Counted from the first letter of the stretch, positions 16,301 through 24,969 are shown. The stretch: DNA of 51,975 bases from Arenimonas sp. (GCA_049421545.1 JBMSNF010000001.1:1-51975), one strand, 5' to 3'. Numbers and translations: made by a program. Notes: generated from the letters alone by a model not told the origin.

Positions 16301-16505
16301 CACCAACACGAACCCGTTGGAAAAGATCGAAAACACCATCGATACCGCCTACGTGATGGTCAACGGCCGCCTGTTCGATGCCGCCACCATGGCGGAAATC
16401 GGCGGCAAACAGCGGCCGGCGCCGGAGTTCTACTTCAATCGGCAACAGAGCGGACTCAGCGTCGGCCAGGAGTATGGACCGACCATGGAAGCCCAGGGCG
16501 ATTGA
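13308..16505 (+). CDS. Exported TolB/PD40 beta-propeller plus amidohydrolase fusion
   Basis: 1065 aa; signal peptide; many SPDG repeats in the N-terminal ~620 aa; C-terminal PGIVDAHAH, TTMHDP, GIEH, GGHG, GKRADLVI. Confidence 0.9.
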   Translation: MTIKPLALICSALLLSPLAAADKPTWDVSADHGKTKTVRFTTDEGTWLDLDVSPDGRRIVFSMMGDIYLLPISGGTAQRISSGPAWDVQPRFSPDGREIAFTSDRGGGNNLWRMAADGSNAVQVTKENFRLFNNPVWTPDGQYLIGRKHFTSGRSLGAGELWMTHRNGGEGLQLTKRRNDQMDLGEPAVSPDGRYVYYSEDVSPGSSFEYNKNVHGVIYAIKRLDRETGDIDTLVNTPGGAIRPQPSPDGKRLAFVKRVRDKTVLHVLDLKSGKVTPVWDGLSHDMQEVWAIFGPYANFNWTPDSQSVVIWAQGKLWRVDMASGKPSPIAFSAEVQQKLTAPIRFSHTLEGDSFTPKMLRDVATSPDGKTVVFHAVGHLWKRNLPGGAITRLTAESTAFEYQPHFSRDGRKLLYTSWSDKNQGSIREIDLVSGSIRTLSDEPGFYYQPKWSPDGKYLVFIKDGGGSLTGSLNTGTPGIYITPTAAWAPQKIADGGEPQFTPDSKALLYMSGGGLSKKVNRIGLHGEDKREILSLKYADSVQLSPDGKHVAFTELFNAYVAPLPAYGGTIELSKDSTAVPVTKLTSSAGPYLHWSDADSVHWMLGNQYYTRDIKPGSSPAATSMAFSVPSDRPTDTVAFTGARIITMKNAERQQEVIENGTVLVQGDKITAVGANVAVPAGARVIDARGKTIFPGIVDAHAHAAHFGGGVVPQQNWAYYANLAFGITTMHDPSATSETVFSQAELQKAGTLVGPRVMSTGTILYGADGDFKAVINSIDDARNTIARMKALGAFSVKSYNQPRRDQRQQINQAAREQGMLVVEEGGSTFNHNMTMMLDGVTGIEHNIPVAPLYKDVIDTWKATDVRNTPTLVVNYGGLNAEYWWYDKMNIWENQRFLNFYPREALDARSIRRETAPDWDYYHIKVAQQAKRLRDAGIKIQVGGHGQMQGLSPNWEIWSLVQGGFSPWEALRAATIDGADYLGFSAEIGSLEAGKRADLVITNTNPLEKIENTIDTAYVMVNGRLFDAATMAEIGGKQRPAPEFYFNRQQSGLSVGQEYGPTMEAQGD

Positions 16506-16526
16506 AGCCGCCGGCTTTGCTACACT

Positions 16527-16557
16527 GGAAGGCGCCGGCAACGGCGCTTTCCTTTTT
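16527..16557 (+). terminator. Intrinsic terminator after the amidohydrolase operon
   Basis: GGAAGGCGCCG-GCAA-CGGCGCTTTCC hairpin followed by TTTTT. Confidence 0.65.
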
Positions 16558-16569
16558 CGGGAGCCAGCC

Positions 16570-16908
16570 ATGAAGTTCTACATCACCCTGCCCGATCCGG
16601 AACAGGCGCGCGGCGGAAATCCGGCGCTCAGTTTTTCGGCCAAGGGCGTCGACGCCTTCGCCGAACAGCTGCAACATGCGCTTTCCGACCGCCGCTACGT
16701 GGAAGACTGGCTGGCCGGCATGGACGAAGACGAGGCCGACCGGGTCGATCCGGTGCTGTTGGCCGTCGATGCCAAAGCCAAGGTGTCCGGCAAGCTGCAC
16801 GGACTCGGGTTCATGCTGGTCGCGGATACCGCGCTGAACGGCACCGCGTTCAAGCACCGCATGCGGCTACTGGCCGGCAGCCACTGGCAATTGGTCGACG
16901 TCAAATAA
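16570..16908 (+). CDS. Hypothetical protein (112 aa)
   Basis: GGAG RBS, high-GC3 codon usage, fills the gap before the DUF1415 gene. Confidence 0.75.
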   Translation: MKFYITLPDPEQARGGNPALSFSAKGVDAFAEQLQHALSDRRYVEDWLAGMDEDEADRVDPVLLAVDAKAKVSGKLHGLGFMLVADTALNGTAFKHRMRLLAGSHWQLVDVK

Positions 16909-16912
16909 ACGG

Positions 16913-17485
16913 ATGACCGACGCGTCCACCAACGATGCCATCGTTGCCCGCATCCGACACTGGATCGAAACGGTGGTGGTCGGCATGAATTTCTGTCCTT
17001 TCGCCAAGCGCGAACTGAAGCGCGGCAGCATCCGCTTCCGTATCTGCCCGGATCCGGACATGGAGAGCGTGCTGACGGAGCTGATCCGTGAATGCGCGCA
17101 TCTGGATGCCGATGCCGGCACCGAAACCACACTGTTGATTCTGCAGGATGGCTTTGACGATTTCGAAGACTATCTCGATCTGATCGGGCTGGCCGAAGAC
17201 CTGCTGGCGGACCAGGGCTACGAAGGTGTCTACCAGATCGCCAGTTTCCACCCGGACTACCGCTTCGCCGATGCCGAAGCCGATGACCCGGCCAATTACA
17301 CCAACCGCAGCCCGTATCCCATGCTGCACCTGTTGCGTGAAGCCGGTCTGGAGCACGCCATCGACAATTACCCGGATCCGGATTCGATTCCGGAAAACAA
17401 CATCGGCAAAGCCCGTGCGCTCGGTGCGGATTATTGGCGTCAATTGATGACCGATTTGCATGGCATGGATTTTCCAAGCCGATAA
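16913..17485 (+). CDS. DUF1415 family protein
   Basis: W.E.VVVGMNFCPFA, ETTLLI, QIASFHPDY, NYTNRSPYPMLHLLRE. Confidence 0.88.
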   Translation: MTDASTNDAIVARIRHWIETVVVGMNFCPFAKRELKRGSIRFRICPDPDMESVLTELIRECAHLDADAGTETTLLILQDGFDDFEDYLDLIGLAEDLLADQGYEGVYQIASFHPDYRFADAEADDPANYTNRSPYPMLHLLREAGLEHAIDNYPDPDSIPENNIGKARALGADYWRQLMTDLHGMDFPSR

Positions 17486-17513
17486 CTCATTCCACTTTGT
17501 TTGGAGCACTCGC

Positions 17514-17807
17514 ATGAAAACTGTCGCTGCATTGCTTCTTGTTCTCGCTCTTCCTCTACAGGCTGCACTCCCGCCGCAGTACCAAAACCGGCGCGACATG
17601 GAGGTCATGTTGGCCTTCATCCAGCAGCATCCCAGAGTCGAAGCCGGTTTGAATGCCATCGACCTCGAGACCTATACGGTACGCTATGAGCGCGAATGCA
17701 TCGCGACCTTCGTGCGTGATGTGCAGCCCAAACCGCCCGGATGGGTCGGTCCACTCGATCCGATCGTGTTCAAAAGCAGCAGCTGTGCTGTGGATTACGG
17801 TCCTTAG
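17514..17807 (+). CDS. Small secreted hypothetical protein
   Basis: GGAG RBS; signal peptide MKTVAALLLVLALPLQA followed by ALPPQYQ; two Cys. Confidence 0.7.
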   Translation: MKTVAALLLVLALPLQAALPPQYQNRRDMEVMLAFIQQHPRVEAGLNAIDLETYTVRYERECIATFVRDVQPKPPGWVGPLDPIVFKSSSCAVDYGP

Positions 17808-17901
17808 GCATTGCCCCGTGCCGATGCAGTGCTTATGATGGACGGACGGCCATCCGGCAACAGCTGCGGCGCCGCCACCGACCCGATCCCAGGAGCACAC
17901 C

Positions 17902-19101
17902 TTGAGTTCCAGTCCTCATGCAAGCCCCCATGCCGAGACCCTGCACAGGCAACTGACCGACTTTATGCAGGAACATGTTTATCCGGCAGAGGTCGAGGTC
18001 GCTGCCTGGCAGAACAACCCGCAAACCCGCTGGCAGCCCTGCCCGCGCATCGAAGCCCTGAAGGCCCTGGCTAAGGAGGCCGGACTCTGGAATCTGTTCC
18101 TGCCCGACCCCGTGCATGGCGCGGGCCTGAGCAACCGCGACTACGCGCCGATGGCCGAGCTGATGGGCCGTGTGCTGTGGGCATCGGAGGTCTTCAACTG
18201 CAATGCGCCGGATACCGGCAACATGGAAGTGTTGGCGCACTTCGGAAATGATTCCCAGAAGGCCGAGTGGCTGGCGCCGCTGTTGCGCGGCGAAATTCGC
18301 TCGGCATTCGCGATGACCGAACCGGATGTGGCTTCCTCGGATGCAACCAATATCGCCCTCGGCATCACCGCCGATGGCGACGATTACGTCCTGAACGGCC
18401 GCAAGTGGTGGATCACCGGTGCCGGCGATCCACGCTGCGCCATCCTGATCGTGATGGGCGTGACCGACCCGGAGGCTGACAAGCATGCGCGGCACTCGAT
18501 GGTGCTGGTGCCGATGGCCACACCTGGCGTACGTGTGGTCAGGGCGCTGGAAGCCTTCGGCTTCGATGATGCACCCAGCGGCCACATGGAACTGGAATTC
18601 AGGAACGTACGCGTTCCGAAATCCAGCCTCATCGGCAGCCAGGGCAGCGGTTTCGCATTGGCGCAGGCGCGCCTCGGGCCCGGCCGCATCCATCACTGCA
18701 TGCGCCTGATCGGCTTGGCCCAGCGCGCCCTGGAACTGATGATCGAGCGCGCCAAATCGCGCGTCGCCTTCGGCAAGCCACTCGCGGCACAGGGCATGGT
18801 ACAGGAAATGATCGCGCTGTCGCATTGCGAAATCGCGCAGGCGCGCCTGCTCACGATCAATGCCGCCGCCATGCTCGATGCCGGCGGCAACAAGGCCGCC
18901 AAGAATGAAATCGGCATGATCAAAATCGTGGCTCCGCGCATGGCGCTGCAAGTCATCGACCGCGCCATCCAGCTGTTCGGCGCCGAAGGTCTGCAGCATC
19001 CGTTCCTGCCACATGCCTGGGCCGGCGCGCGCTGCCTGCGTCTGGCCGATGGGCCGGATGAAGTCCATATCGCGGCGCTGGCCCGCGGATTGCTGAAGTA
19101 G
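17902..19101 (+). CDS. Acyl-CoA dehydrogenase, ACAD10/11-like subfamily
   Basis: TTG start after AGGAG; [54 protein letters not shown]. Confidence 0.92.
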   Translation: MSSSPHASPHAETLHRQLTDFMQEHVYPAEVEVAAWQNNPQTRWQPCPRIEALKALAKEAGLWNLFLPDPVHGAGLSNRDYAPMAELMGRVLWASEVFNCNAPDTGNMEVLAHFGNDSQKAEWLAPLLRGEIRSAFAMTEPDVASSDATNIALGITADGDDYVLNGRKWWITGAGDPRCAILIVMGVTDPEADKHARHSMVLVPMATPGVRVVRALEAFGFDDAPSGHMELEFRNVRVPKSSLIGSQGSGFALAQARLGPGRIHHCMRLIGLAQRALELMIERAKSRVAFGKPLAAQGMVQEMIALSHCEIAQARLLTINAAAMLDAGGNKAAKNEIGMIKIVAPRMALQVIDRAIQLFGAEGLQHPFLPHAWAGARCLRLADGPDEVHIAALARGLLK

Positions 19102-19105
19102 TTCC

Positions 19106-20137
19106 ATGAGCGACACGCGCGCCGCGCTGCAGCTTCCGGACACCGCCCTTGCCGGGTATCTGGCCGGGCACATTCCGGGCTTTCAGGGCCCGCTGCAATC
19201 GGTCAAATTCAAAGGCGGCCAGAGCAATCCGACGTATCTGCTGGAAGCCGCCAGTGGCCGCTACGTGCTCCGGCGCAAGCCGCCGGGCACCCTGCTCGGC
19301 TCGGCGCATGCGGTCGATCGGGAGTTCCGTGTTCTGCAAGCACTTCACGGCTCGGCCGTGCCGGTTGCCGAACCCCTGCACCTATGCACGGATGAATCGG
19401 TCATCGGTTCGATGTTTTATGTCATGTCCTACGTCGATGGCCGCGTGTTCTGGGATCCGTCGCTTCCGGAATCGACGCCGGTTGCGCGCACCGCCCTCTA
19501 CGACACCCTGCTGCGGACCTTGGCCGCCATCCATGCCATCGACGTCGCCAAGGCGGGCCTTGCCGATTACGGCAAGCCCGGCAATTACTTCGCACGCCAG
19601 TTGGATCGCTGGAGCCGGCAATACCGGGATTCGGAAACGCAGGCCATACCGGCCATGGATGCCTTGATCGCGCAGCTGCCGCAACGCTGTCCGGAAGATG
19701 ACGGCAGCATCGCCCTGGTGCATGGCGATTTCCGCATCGACAATCTGATGTTCTCGCCGGATGGCAGTGACGTCCTTGCCGTGGTCGATTGGGAACTGTC
19801 CACCCTCGGTCATCCGCTCGCCGATCTGGGCTATCTGTGCATGGCATTGCGTCTGCCGCGCAACCCCGCCTTGCCCGGTCTTGCCGGCATGGATCGTGCG
19901 CCACTCGGCATTCCCGGGGAAGCCGAACTGCTGGCACGTTATGCCGAACTGACCGGCCGGGCGATTCCATCCGACTGGCCCTTCGTCTTGGCGTTCAGTT
20001 TCTTCCGCCTTGCCGCCATCGCCCAGGGCGTGGCGAAACGCGCGCAGCTGGGCAATGCCTCCAGCGAACAGGCCCAGCAGGCCGGCCAGATGGTGCAGAT
20101 GCTTGCGGAAATGGGCTTGCAGGAGCTGCAGAATTGA
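19106..20137 (+). CDS. APH-family phosphotransferase (ACAD10/11 kinase-like)
   Basis: GGQSNPTY, VLRRKPPG, AHAVDRE, HGDFRIDN, DWELSTLG. Confidence 0.92.
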   Translation: MSDTRAALQLPDTALAGYLAGHIPGFQGPLQSVKFKGGQSNPTYLLEAASGRYVLRRKPPGTLLGSAHAVDREFRVLQALHGSAVPVAEPLHLCTDESVIGSMFYVMSYVDGRVFWDPSLPESTPVARTALYDTLLRTLAAIHAIDVAKAGLADYGKPGNYFARQLDRWSRQYRDSETQAIPAMDALIAQLPQRCPEDDGSIALVHGDFRIDNLMFSPDGSDVLAVVDWELSTLGHPLADLGYLCMALRLPRNPALPGLAGMDRAPLGIPGEAELLARYAELTGRAIPSDWPFVLAFSFFRLAAIAQGVAKRAQLGNASSEQAQQAGQMVQMLAEMGLQELQN

Positions 20138-20142
20138 GACTA

Positions 20143-20739
20143 ATGGGGGCCGTGCTTCTTTTTTTCCTATGCTTTGGCTCGGCTTTGGCAAAAAAATATG
20201 TCGAGCCCACGGGCGCGTCGGCAGGTTTGCGGATCGTACTGGTCAACCCGGAAAGCTATTCGGTGCATATCGCCGAATATGATGTAGCAACCTGCAGGAG
20301 AGGCGGGGATGTCGGTTGGGTTAGCGGTGGCCGGAAAGTCGATACGGTCCGTATTGGCATGCCGGGCGAAGAAGCGCCGCGCGAAGGTATTCTTGAACGA
20401 CGTATTCCCGTTGGGCGGCCATTTTCCTTCGGAACGCGCTTCATCATGCCCAAACAATCCATTGCACAATCCTTGATGGGTGCTACGAATCCCGGCGGTG
20501 CCAGTGCCGAGGCCTTGGCCAATGCCCATGCAGCTATCTGCGAAGCACCGGTTTTCACACCAGAAGCGGGCGTGTTCTATGAACTGACACTGGCTCTTTC
20601 TCCCCAACGATGTGAGGCTACTTTGTCTCGGCTTAAGCTGACCGCAGATGGTCTATCGCAAGGTGATGTCTTGATCACTGATCGCATCCGCTTTCCGGTT
20701 TCGCCGGACAAGCCGGCCTGTCCGAAGCCCCGCGAATGA
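20143..20739 (+). CDS. Secreted hypothetical protein
   Basis: Start re-called at MGAVLLFFLCFGSALA (signal-like), 5 nt after the APH stop; ATGA overlap with the next gene; AT-richer codons than flanks. Confidence 0.6.
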   Translation: MGAVLLFFLCFGSALAKKYVEPTGASAGLRIVLVNPESYSVHIAEYDVATCRRGGDVGWVSGGRKVDTVRIGMPGEEAPREGILERRIPVGRPFSFGTRFIMPKQSIAQSLMGATNPGGASAEALANAHAAICEAPVFTPEAGVFYELTLALSPQRCEATLSRLKLTADGLSQGDVLITDRIRFPVSPDKPACPKPRE

Positions 20740-21869
20740 GCGGAACAATGGTTGAACTATCCGCTGATCTCGGAATAATCAGTGTTTTCGGCGGCGGCAA
20801 TGGCTGGGGAAAGCGCATCGCCGAAACGCTCATGGCCAATGGATACGGCGTCGCCATCCTCGAACAGGACGCGACCGATGCCGAAATCCGGAATGCCATT
20901 GCCCGGAGCAGCCTGATATTCATCGCCATCCCCGACACCGGTATTGATGGCCTGCTACAGAGTTATGGCCAGACCATGCACGGCCGTATGCTGATCGACT
21001 GCGCCACCAGCAAGACCGGATTCAGCAGCCGCCTGCAGGAACTGGCCGAAACCGTCAGCATCTGTTCGAGCCATCCGATGGCGGTATCCAGTGCCGCCCT
21101 GCGTGGCCAGAATGTCCTGCTGATGCCGGTCGGTAGTCAATCATTGAAGGCCGAGTCTGCAGCAAGGCACATCTACGATCTGCTTGGCATGCATTGCAGC
21201 CGCTTCGATTTCAGCCGGCATGACGAACTCATGGCGCTCGTGCAGTTGCTTCCGCATCTGGTGCAGCGGGCCTTCATGGCGGTGCTGGGCCAGGGACTTG
21301 CCGCACAGCGAATCGGTATTTCTGAACTCACCAGCCTGGCATCCGCAAACTATCTTCTGGCCGAGCTCGGTCTGGGACGGGTTGCGGCGCAGCGCAGCGA
21401 CGTTTCTGCCGGCATCATCGCCTCCGGCCTTTCGGGCGAATTCGGGCGCGGACTTCTCGAGTCGCTTTCCAACAGTCTCGCCGCCATCACGGAATCGAAA
21501 GATTCACGTGAGCTTCTGACCCGTCAGTTCGAAGCCACCGTGCAGACCCTTGATCCGGATGGAAGCTGGCGCAGGCAAATGGCGGAACGCACCGAAGCCG
21601 CACTTAATCGGCTCGGCAATCTACGCAGCAGAAGCTTGGTCATTTCGGCACCCAACCGCATCGGCATGCTGCGCGACATCCTGACGGTGCTGGCGCGGCA
21701 TGACATCGACATGACCGCGCTGGACTCGCAATTGTTGGCTTCTGACAATGGCGTTGAATCGGTTCGGTTCGAAATCGGCATCAGCAATGCGCGGATTCCA
21801 CATGCCTCGATCCACAGAGAACTCGATGAAATCGGCGTGCACCTGCACGGCAATGACTTCAACCCATGA
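20736..21869 (+). CDS. Prephenate/arogenate dehydrogenase-like protein with C-terminal ACT domain
   Basis: Rossmann GGGNGWG, DCATSK, SHPM, HDELMALVQLLPH; ACT motif NRIGMLRDILTVLARHDIDMTALDS. Confidence 0.8.
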   Translation: MSGTMVELSADLGIISVFGGGNGWGKRIAETLMANGYGVAILEQDATDAEIRNAIARSSLIFIAIPDTGIDGLLQSYGQTMHGRMLIDCATSKTGFSSRLQELAETVSICSSHPMAVSSAALRGQNVLLMPVGSQSLKAESAARHIYDLLGMHCSRFDFSRHDELMALVQLLPHLVQRAFMAVLGQGLAAQRIGISELTSLASANYLLAELGLGRVAAQRSDVSAGIIASGLSGEFGRGLLESLSNSLAAITESKDSRELLTRQFEATVQTLDPDGSWRRQMAERTEAALNRLGNLRSRSLVISAPNRIGMLRDILTVLARHDIDMTALDSQLLASDNGVESVRFEIGISNARIPHASIHRELDEIGVHLHGNDFNP

Positions 21870-21930
21870 ACAAAGGACATTGACTCCCATGCAGCCATAC
21901 CCGACGTCGAATCCGTTTTTCAGGTTGCCC

Positions 21931-22731
21931 ATGCTCCGGATACTGGCTTTCATCGCGCTTGCATTCACCGGAACGGTTCCGGCCGCAGGAAGCCCCGGCT
22001 TCGTTTCGGAATCTCCGCTGCGGCGCGTGGAATACTGGCAGCTCCGCTCGGAAGCGATCAACGCGGAACTGGCGAACCGCGAAGCATTGCCGGCGGTGAA
22101 ACTGGTCTTTTTGGGCGACTCCATCACCGATTTCTGGCAGTTGGGCGAGAATCCCTGGGTACGCGGTCAGAAATTCGGAATCGACAGCTGGCAGCCGGCA
22201 TTCGTCAACGGGCTTCCGGAAAACCGTGCGCTGAACATGGGCATATCCGGCGACCGCACCGAACACGTGCTGTACCGAATTCAGCCGAAGGCCGAGGGCG
22301 GCATGGGGCAACTGGATGCGCCGGAGCTGGATCCGGAGTTCATCGTGCTGATGATCGGCGTCAACAATACCTGGGCGCAGGAAGATCCGGTGATCGAAAG
22401 CGTATCCGCCGGCATCAGCTCGGTGCTTGATGCCGTGCATGCCCGCAAACCGAAGGCGCGCATCATCCTGCAGTCGCTGCTTCCGACCAATGATGCCGAA
22501 CGCAACCGCAGCGTGGTGGTTCCGGTTAACGCCCTCATCAAGGCCATGGCCGCACGGAAGCCGCATGCCGGTTACACCGTATTCCTTGATCTGTATCCGC
22601 AATTCGCCGATGCCCAAGGCGGGCAGAATGCAGCGCTGTTCGTAACCGATGGTGTGCATCCGAATGATGCCGGTTACCGGGTTTGGAGCGCGAAGCTGCT
22701 GCTCCTTCTGCAGGTACAACGGAGTCGATGA
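21931..22731 (+). CDS. Exported SGNH/GDSL hydrolase (PAF-acetylhydrolase-like)
   Basis: Signal MLRILAFIALA; FLGDSIT, GISGDRT, MIGVNN, DGVHPN. Start uncertain. Confidence 0.85.
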   Translation: MLRILAFIALAFTGTVPAAGSPGFVSESPLRRVEYWQLRSEAINAELANREALPAVKLVFLGDSITDFWQLGENPWVRGQKFGIDSWQPAFVNGLPENRALNMGISGDRTEHVLYRIQPKAEGGMGQLDAPELDPEFIVLMIGVNNTWAQEDPVIESVSAGISSVLDAVHARKPKARIILQSLLPTNDAERNRSVVVPVNALIKAMAARKPHAGYTVFLDLYPQFADAQGGQNAALFVTDGVHPNDAGYRVWSAKLLLLLQVQRSR

Positions 22732-22797
22732 AGGACCTTGAATACGTAGGTTCGGTAAACCCGCTAAAGCGGGCCGCACCCAACGCATAACAGACAG

Positions 22798-22831
22798 GGA
22801 GGCCCCGATTTGCAAGCAAACCGGGGCCTCC
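22798..22831. terminator. GC-rich hairpin between convergent genes, probable terminator
   Basis: GGAGGCCCCG...CGGGGCCTCC inverted repeat with an inner TTTGC/GCAAA pairing; U-tract weak. Confidence 0.5.
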
Positions 22832-22835
22832 TGCA

Positions 22836-23588
22836 TCAGAACCGATAAGCAAGACCTAAGCGGATGACATCAGCATCAAAGTCTTGAGTGATGGTTTCAC
22901 CATAGCCGGGGAAAGTACTTCCGGGCACATACTCCAGATCGTAAGTGACATCTCCGCCATTGTAACGGAGATATTCCAGGCGACCACTCCAGTTTCCGCC
23001 GAAGCGGAATTCTAGGCCAGCCCCAAAAACGGTCTGGCTGAAACTCTTTGATGCGCCACCCAGTTTTGCATATCCGTTATCCAGACCTGTTTCAGTAAGC
23101 GCCGTAGCAAAATCAACATCCGTCCAGGCCCATCCGGCGGTAACGTAGGCCATAACTTGCTCTCCTGCATAACCGAAACGCGGGCGGATTGAATAACTGT
23201 CTCCGGCTTCAAATACCTGTCCGACGGTGTATTCAAGAGCGCTACTGGTACTTGCGACACTCTGGACATCTTCTCCATTGGCGCCGTGATCACCATATTC
23301 GGCTTCGATGCCGAGTACAAAACCATTGTCAAAATCATGGTCATAACCGGCGAAGAGTCCCCAGGACGTTCCACTGCCGTCGTATTCACCGGATAGGGCA
23401 TCCAGGACAGCCGTCTGGGTTGCCGCCGATTCACTGCTCCAGGAGCCGCTTAAAGCGGCCGACGACTGGGCATCCAAACTTCCCTGACCAACATTGACGC
23501 CGGCATACCAGCCTGTCCAAGAATCCGATGCCACTGCGCCACCTGCAGCTGCCAGCAGCGACCCGGTCAAAATAATGCGTTTCAACAT
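22836..23588 (-). CDS. Outer-membrane beta-barrel protein (Omp25/Omp31/RopB-like)
   Basis: GGGAG RBS; signal MLKRIILTGSLLAAAGGAVA; WTGWYAGVNVG, RPRFGYA, GAGLEF, C-terminal beta-signal GLAYRF. Confidence 0.85.
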   Translation of the reverse strand: MLKRIILTGSLLAAAGGAVASDSWTGWYAGVNVGQGSLDAQSSAALSGSWSSESAATQTAVLDALSGEYDGSGTSWGLFAGYDHDFDNGFVLGIEAEYGDHGANGEDVQSVASTSSALEYTVGQVFEAGDSYSIRPRFGYAGEQVMAYVTAGWAWTDVDFATALTETGLDNGYAKLGGASKSFSQTVFGAGLEFRFGGNWSGRLEYLRYNGGDVTYDLEYVPGSTFPGYGETITQDFDADVIRLGLAYRF

Positions 23589-23741
23589 ACACAAGCTCCC
23601 TAGTTTTTATTTGATGTGTCTGTCGCAGCACCGAAATGCGTCGACTGGTCAATACTAGCAATTTCCTGAATGATTGCAAACTGTCGCTTTTCCATTCAGA
23701 AATTAGTTAAAATTCATTCAAGCTCAGAATTGACTACCAGT

Positions 23742-23771
23742 ATTTTATATATATATATCAATGATTTACAA
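23742..23771 (-). promoter_or_regulatory. Putative sigma70 promoter of the OMP gene with a (TA)n tract in the spacer
   Basis: Minus strand TTGTAA-N18-TAAAAT in a very AT-rich stretch; (TA)6T at 23746-23758. Confidence 0.35.
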
Positions 23772-23878
23772 TAAATTACAATAATTTTAAACCCTGAACA
23801 AGAATAGGTACGACGTCCCCCCGGATTTGAGTAGCACGCTGATTTGGAGTCCAATATCCCAGATGAAGGAGATTGGAC

Positions 23879-24142
23879 ATGAAGAAGCGATTTACCGAAG
23901 AGCAGATTATTGGATTCCTGCGTGAAGCCGAGGCCGGCATACCGATAAAGGACCTATGCCGCCGTCATGGCTTTAGCGAAGCTTCGTACTACCTATGGCG
24001 GAGTAAGTTCGGCGGCATGAGCGTGCCGGATGCCAAGCGACTGAAGGATTTGGAAGCGGAGAATGCCCGCCTCAAGAAACTGCTGGCAGAACAGGTCTTC
24101 GAGAACGACCTGATCAAGGACGCCTTACGAAAAAAGTGGTGA
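23879..24142 (+). CDS. IS3 transposase OrfA (HTH)
   Basis: AAGGAG RBS; MKKRFTEEQII...LCRRHGFS..YYLWRSKFGGM...LEAENARLKKL. Confidence 0.93.
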   Translation: MKKRFTEEQIIGFLREAEAGIPIKDLCRRHGFSEASYYLWRSKFGGMSVPDAKRLKDLEAENARLKKLLAEQVFENDLIKDALRKKW

Positions 24143-24969
24143 CCGCGCCGGCAAGGCGAATGCTGGTGCGGCATCTTGCTGAGAAGGGGTTGAGTGAACG
24201 CCGGGCCTTGGCTGTGGCTGATATGAGCGCCAGCGCCTACCGCTACCAGCCCCGGCCGGACCGCAATGATGCGTTGCGCGAGCAGATCTTGGCGTTGGCG
24301 CATCGTCACAAGCGCTATGGCGTCGGGATGATTTACCTCAAGATTAGGCAGGCAGGAACGATGGTGAACTACAAGCGTGTTGAGCGGCTGTATCAGGAAG
24401 CGCAACTGCAGGTGCGGCGGCGCAAACGCAAGAAAGTACCGCTCGGAGAGCGTCAGCCCTTGCTTCGGCCCACAGCGGCCAATCAAGTTTGGTCGATGGA
24501 TTTCGTGTTTGACCGGACTGCCGATGGCCGTGTGCTCAAGTGCTTGACGATTGTGGACGATGCCACCCATGAAGCGGTTGCCATTGAAGTTGACCGTGCC
24601 ATCTCGGGACACGGCGTGGTGCGGGTTCTTGAGCGGCTAGCACTGAGCCGCGGCCTGCCTAGGGTAATCCGTACCGACAACGGCAAAGAATTTTGCGGCA
24701 AAACGATGTTGGAATGGGCCTTTGAGCGCGGTATTGCGTTACGGTTGATTGAACCCGGCAAACCGAACCAGAACGCCTACATCGAGAGCTTTAACGGTCG
24801 GCTGCGCGACGAATGTCTGAATGAACATTGGTTTCCGAACCTGCTACACGCACGTGCCGTCATCGAAACCTGGCGACGAGAATACAACGAGGATAGACCA
24901 AAGAAAGTGCTCGGTGGAATGACACCGGCAGCTTATGCGAAACAGCTAACCGCAGTTCCGTTACAATAA
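24136..24969 (+). CDS. IS3 transposase OrfB (DDE/rve), joined to OrfA by a -1 frameshift
   Basis: WSMDF, TDNGKEF, PGKPNQNAYIESFNGRLRDE; A-AAA-AAG slippery site at 24130-24136 in the correct phase. Confidence 0.93.
   Translation: MVTAPARRMLVRHLAEKGLSERRALAVADMSASAYRYQPRPDRNDALREQILALAHRHKRYGVGMIYLKIRQAGTMVNYKRVERLYQEAQLQVRRRKRKKVPLGERQPLLRPTAANQVWSMDFVFDRTADGRVLKCLTIVDDATHEAVAIEVDRAISGHGVVRVLERLALSRGLPRVIRTDNGKEFCGKTMLEWAFERGIALRLIEPGKPNQNAYIESFNGRLRDECLNEHWFPNLLHARAVIETWRREYNEDRPKKVLGGMTPAAYAKQLTAVPLQ

Noticed and set aside
13068-16571. 1167 aa minus-strand ORF
   Set aside because: Antisense shadow of the propeller-amidohydrolase gene.
19106-20137. Aminoglycoside resistance gene
   Set aside because: Motifs and ACAD linkage indicate the ACAD10/11-type metabolic kinase.
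19789-20142. Upstream extension of the 316 aa ORF
   Set aside because: Overlaps the phosphotransferase out of frame; a signal-like start exists at 20143.
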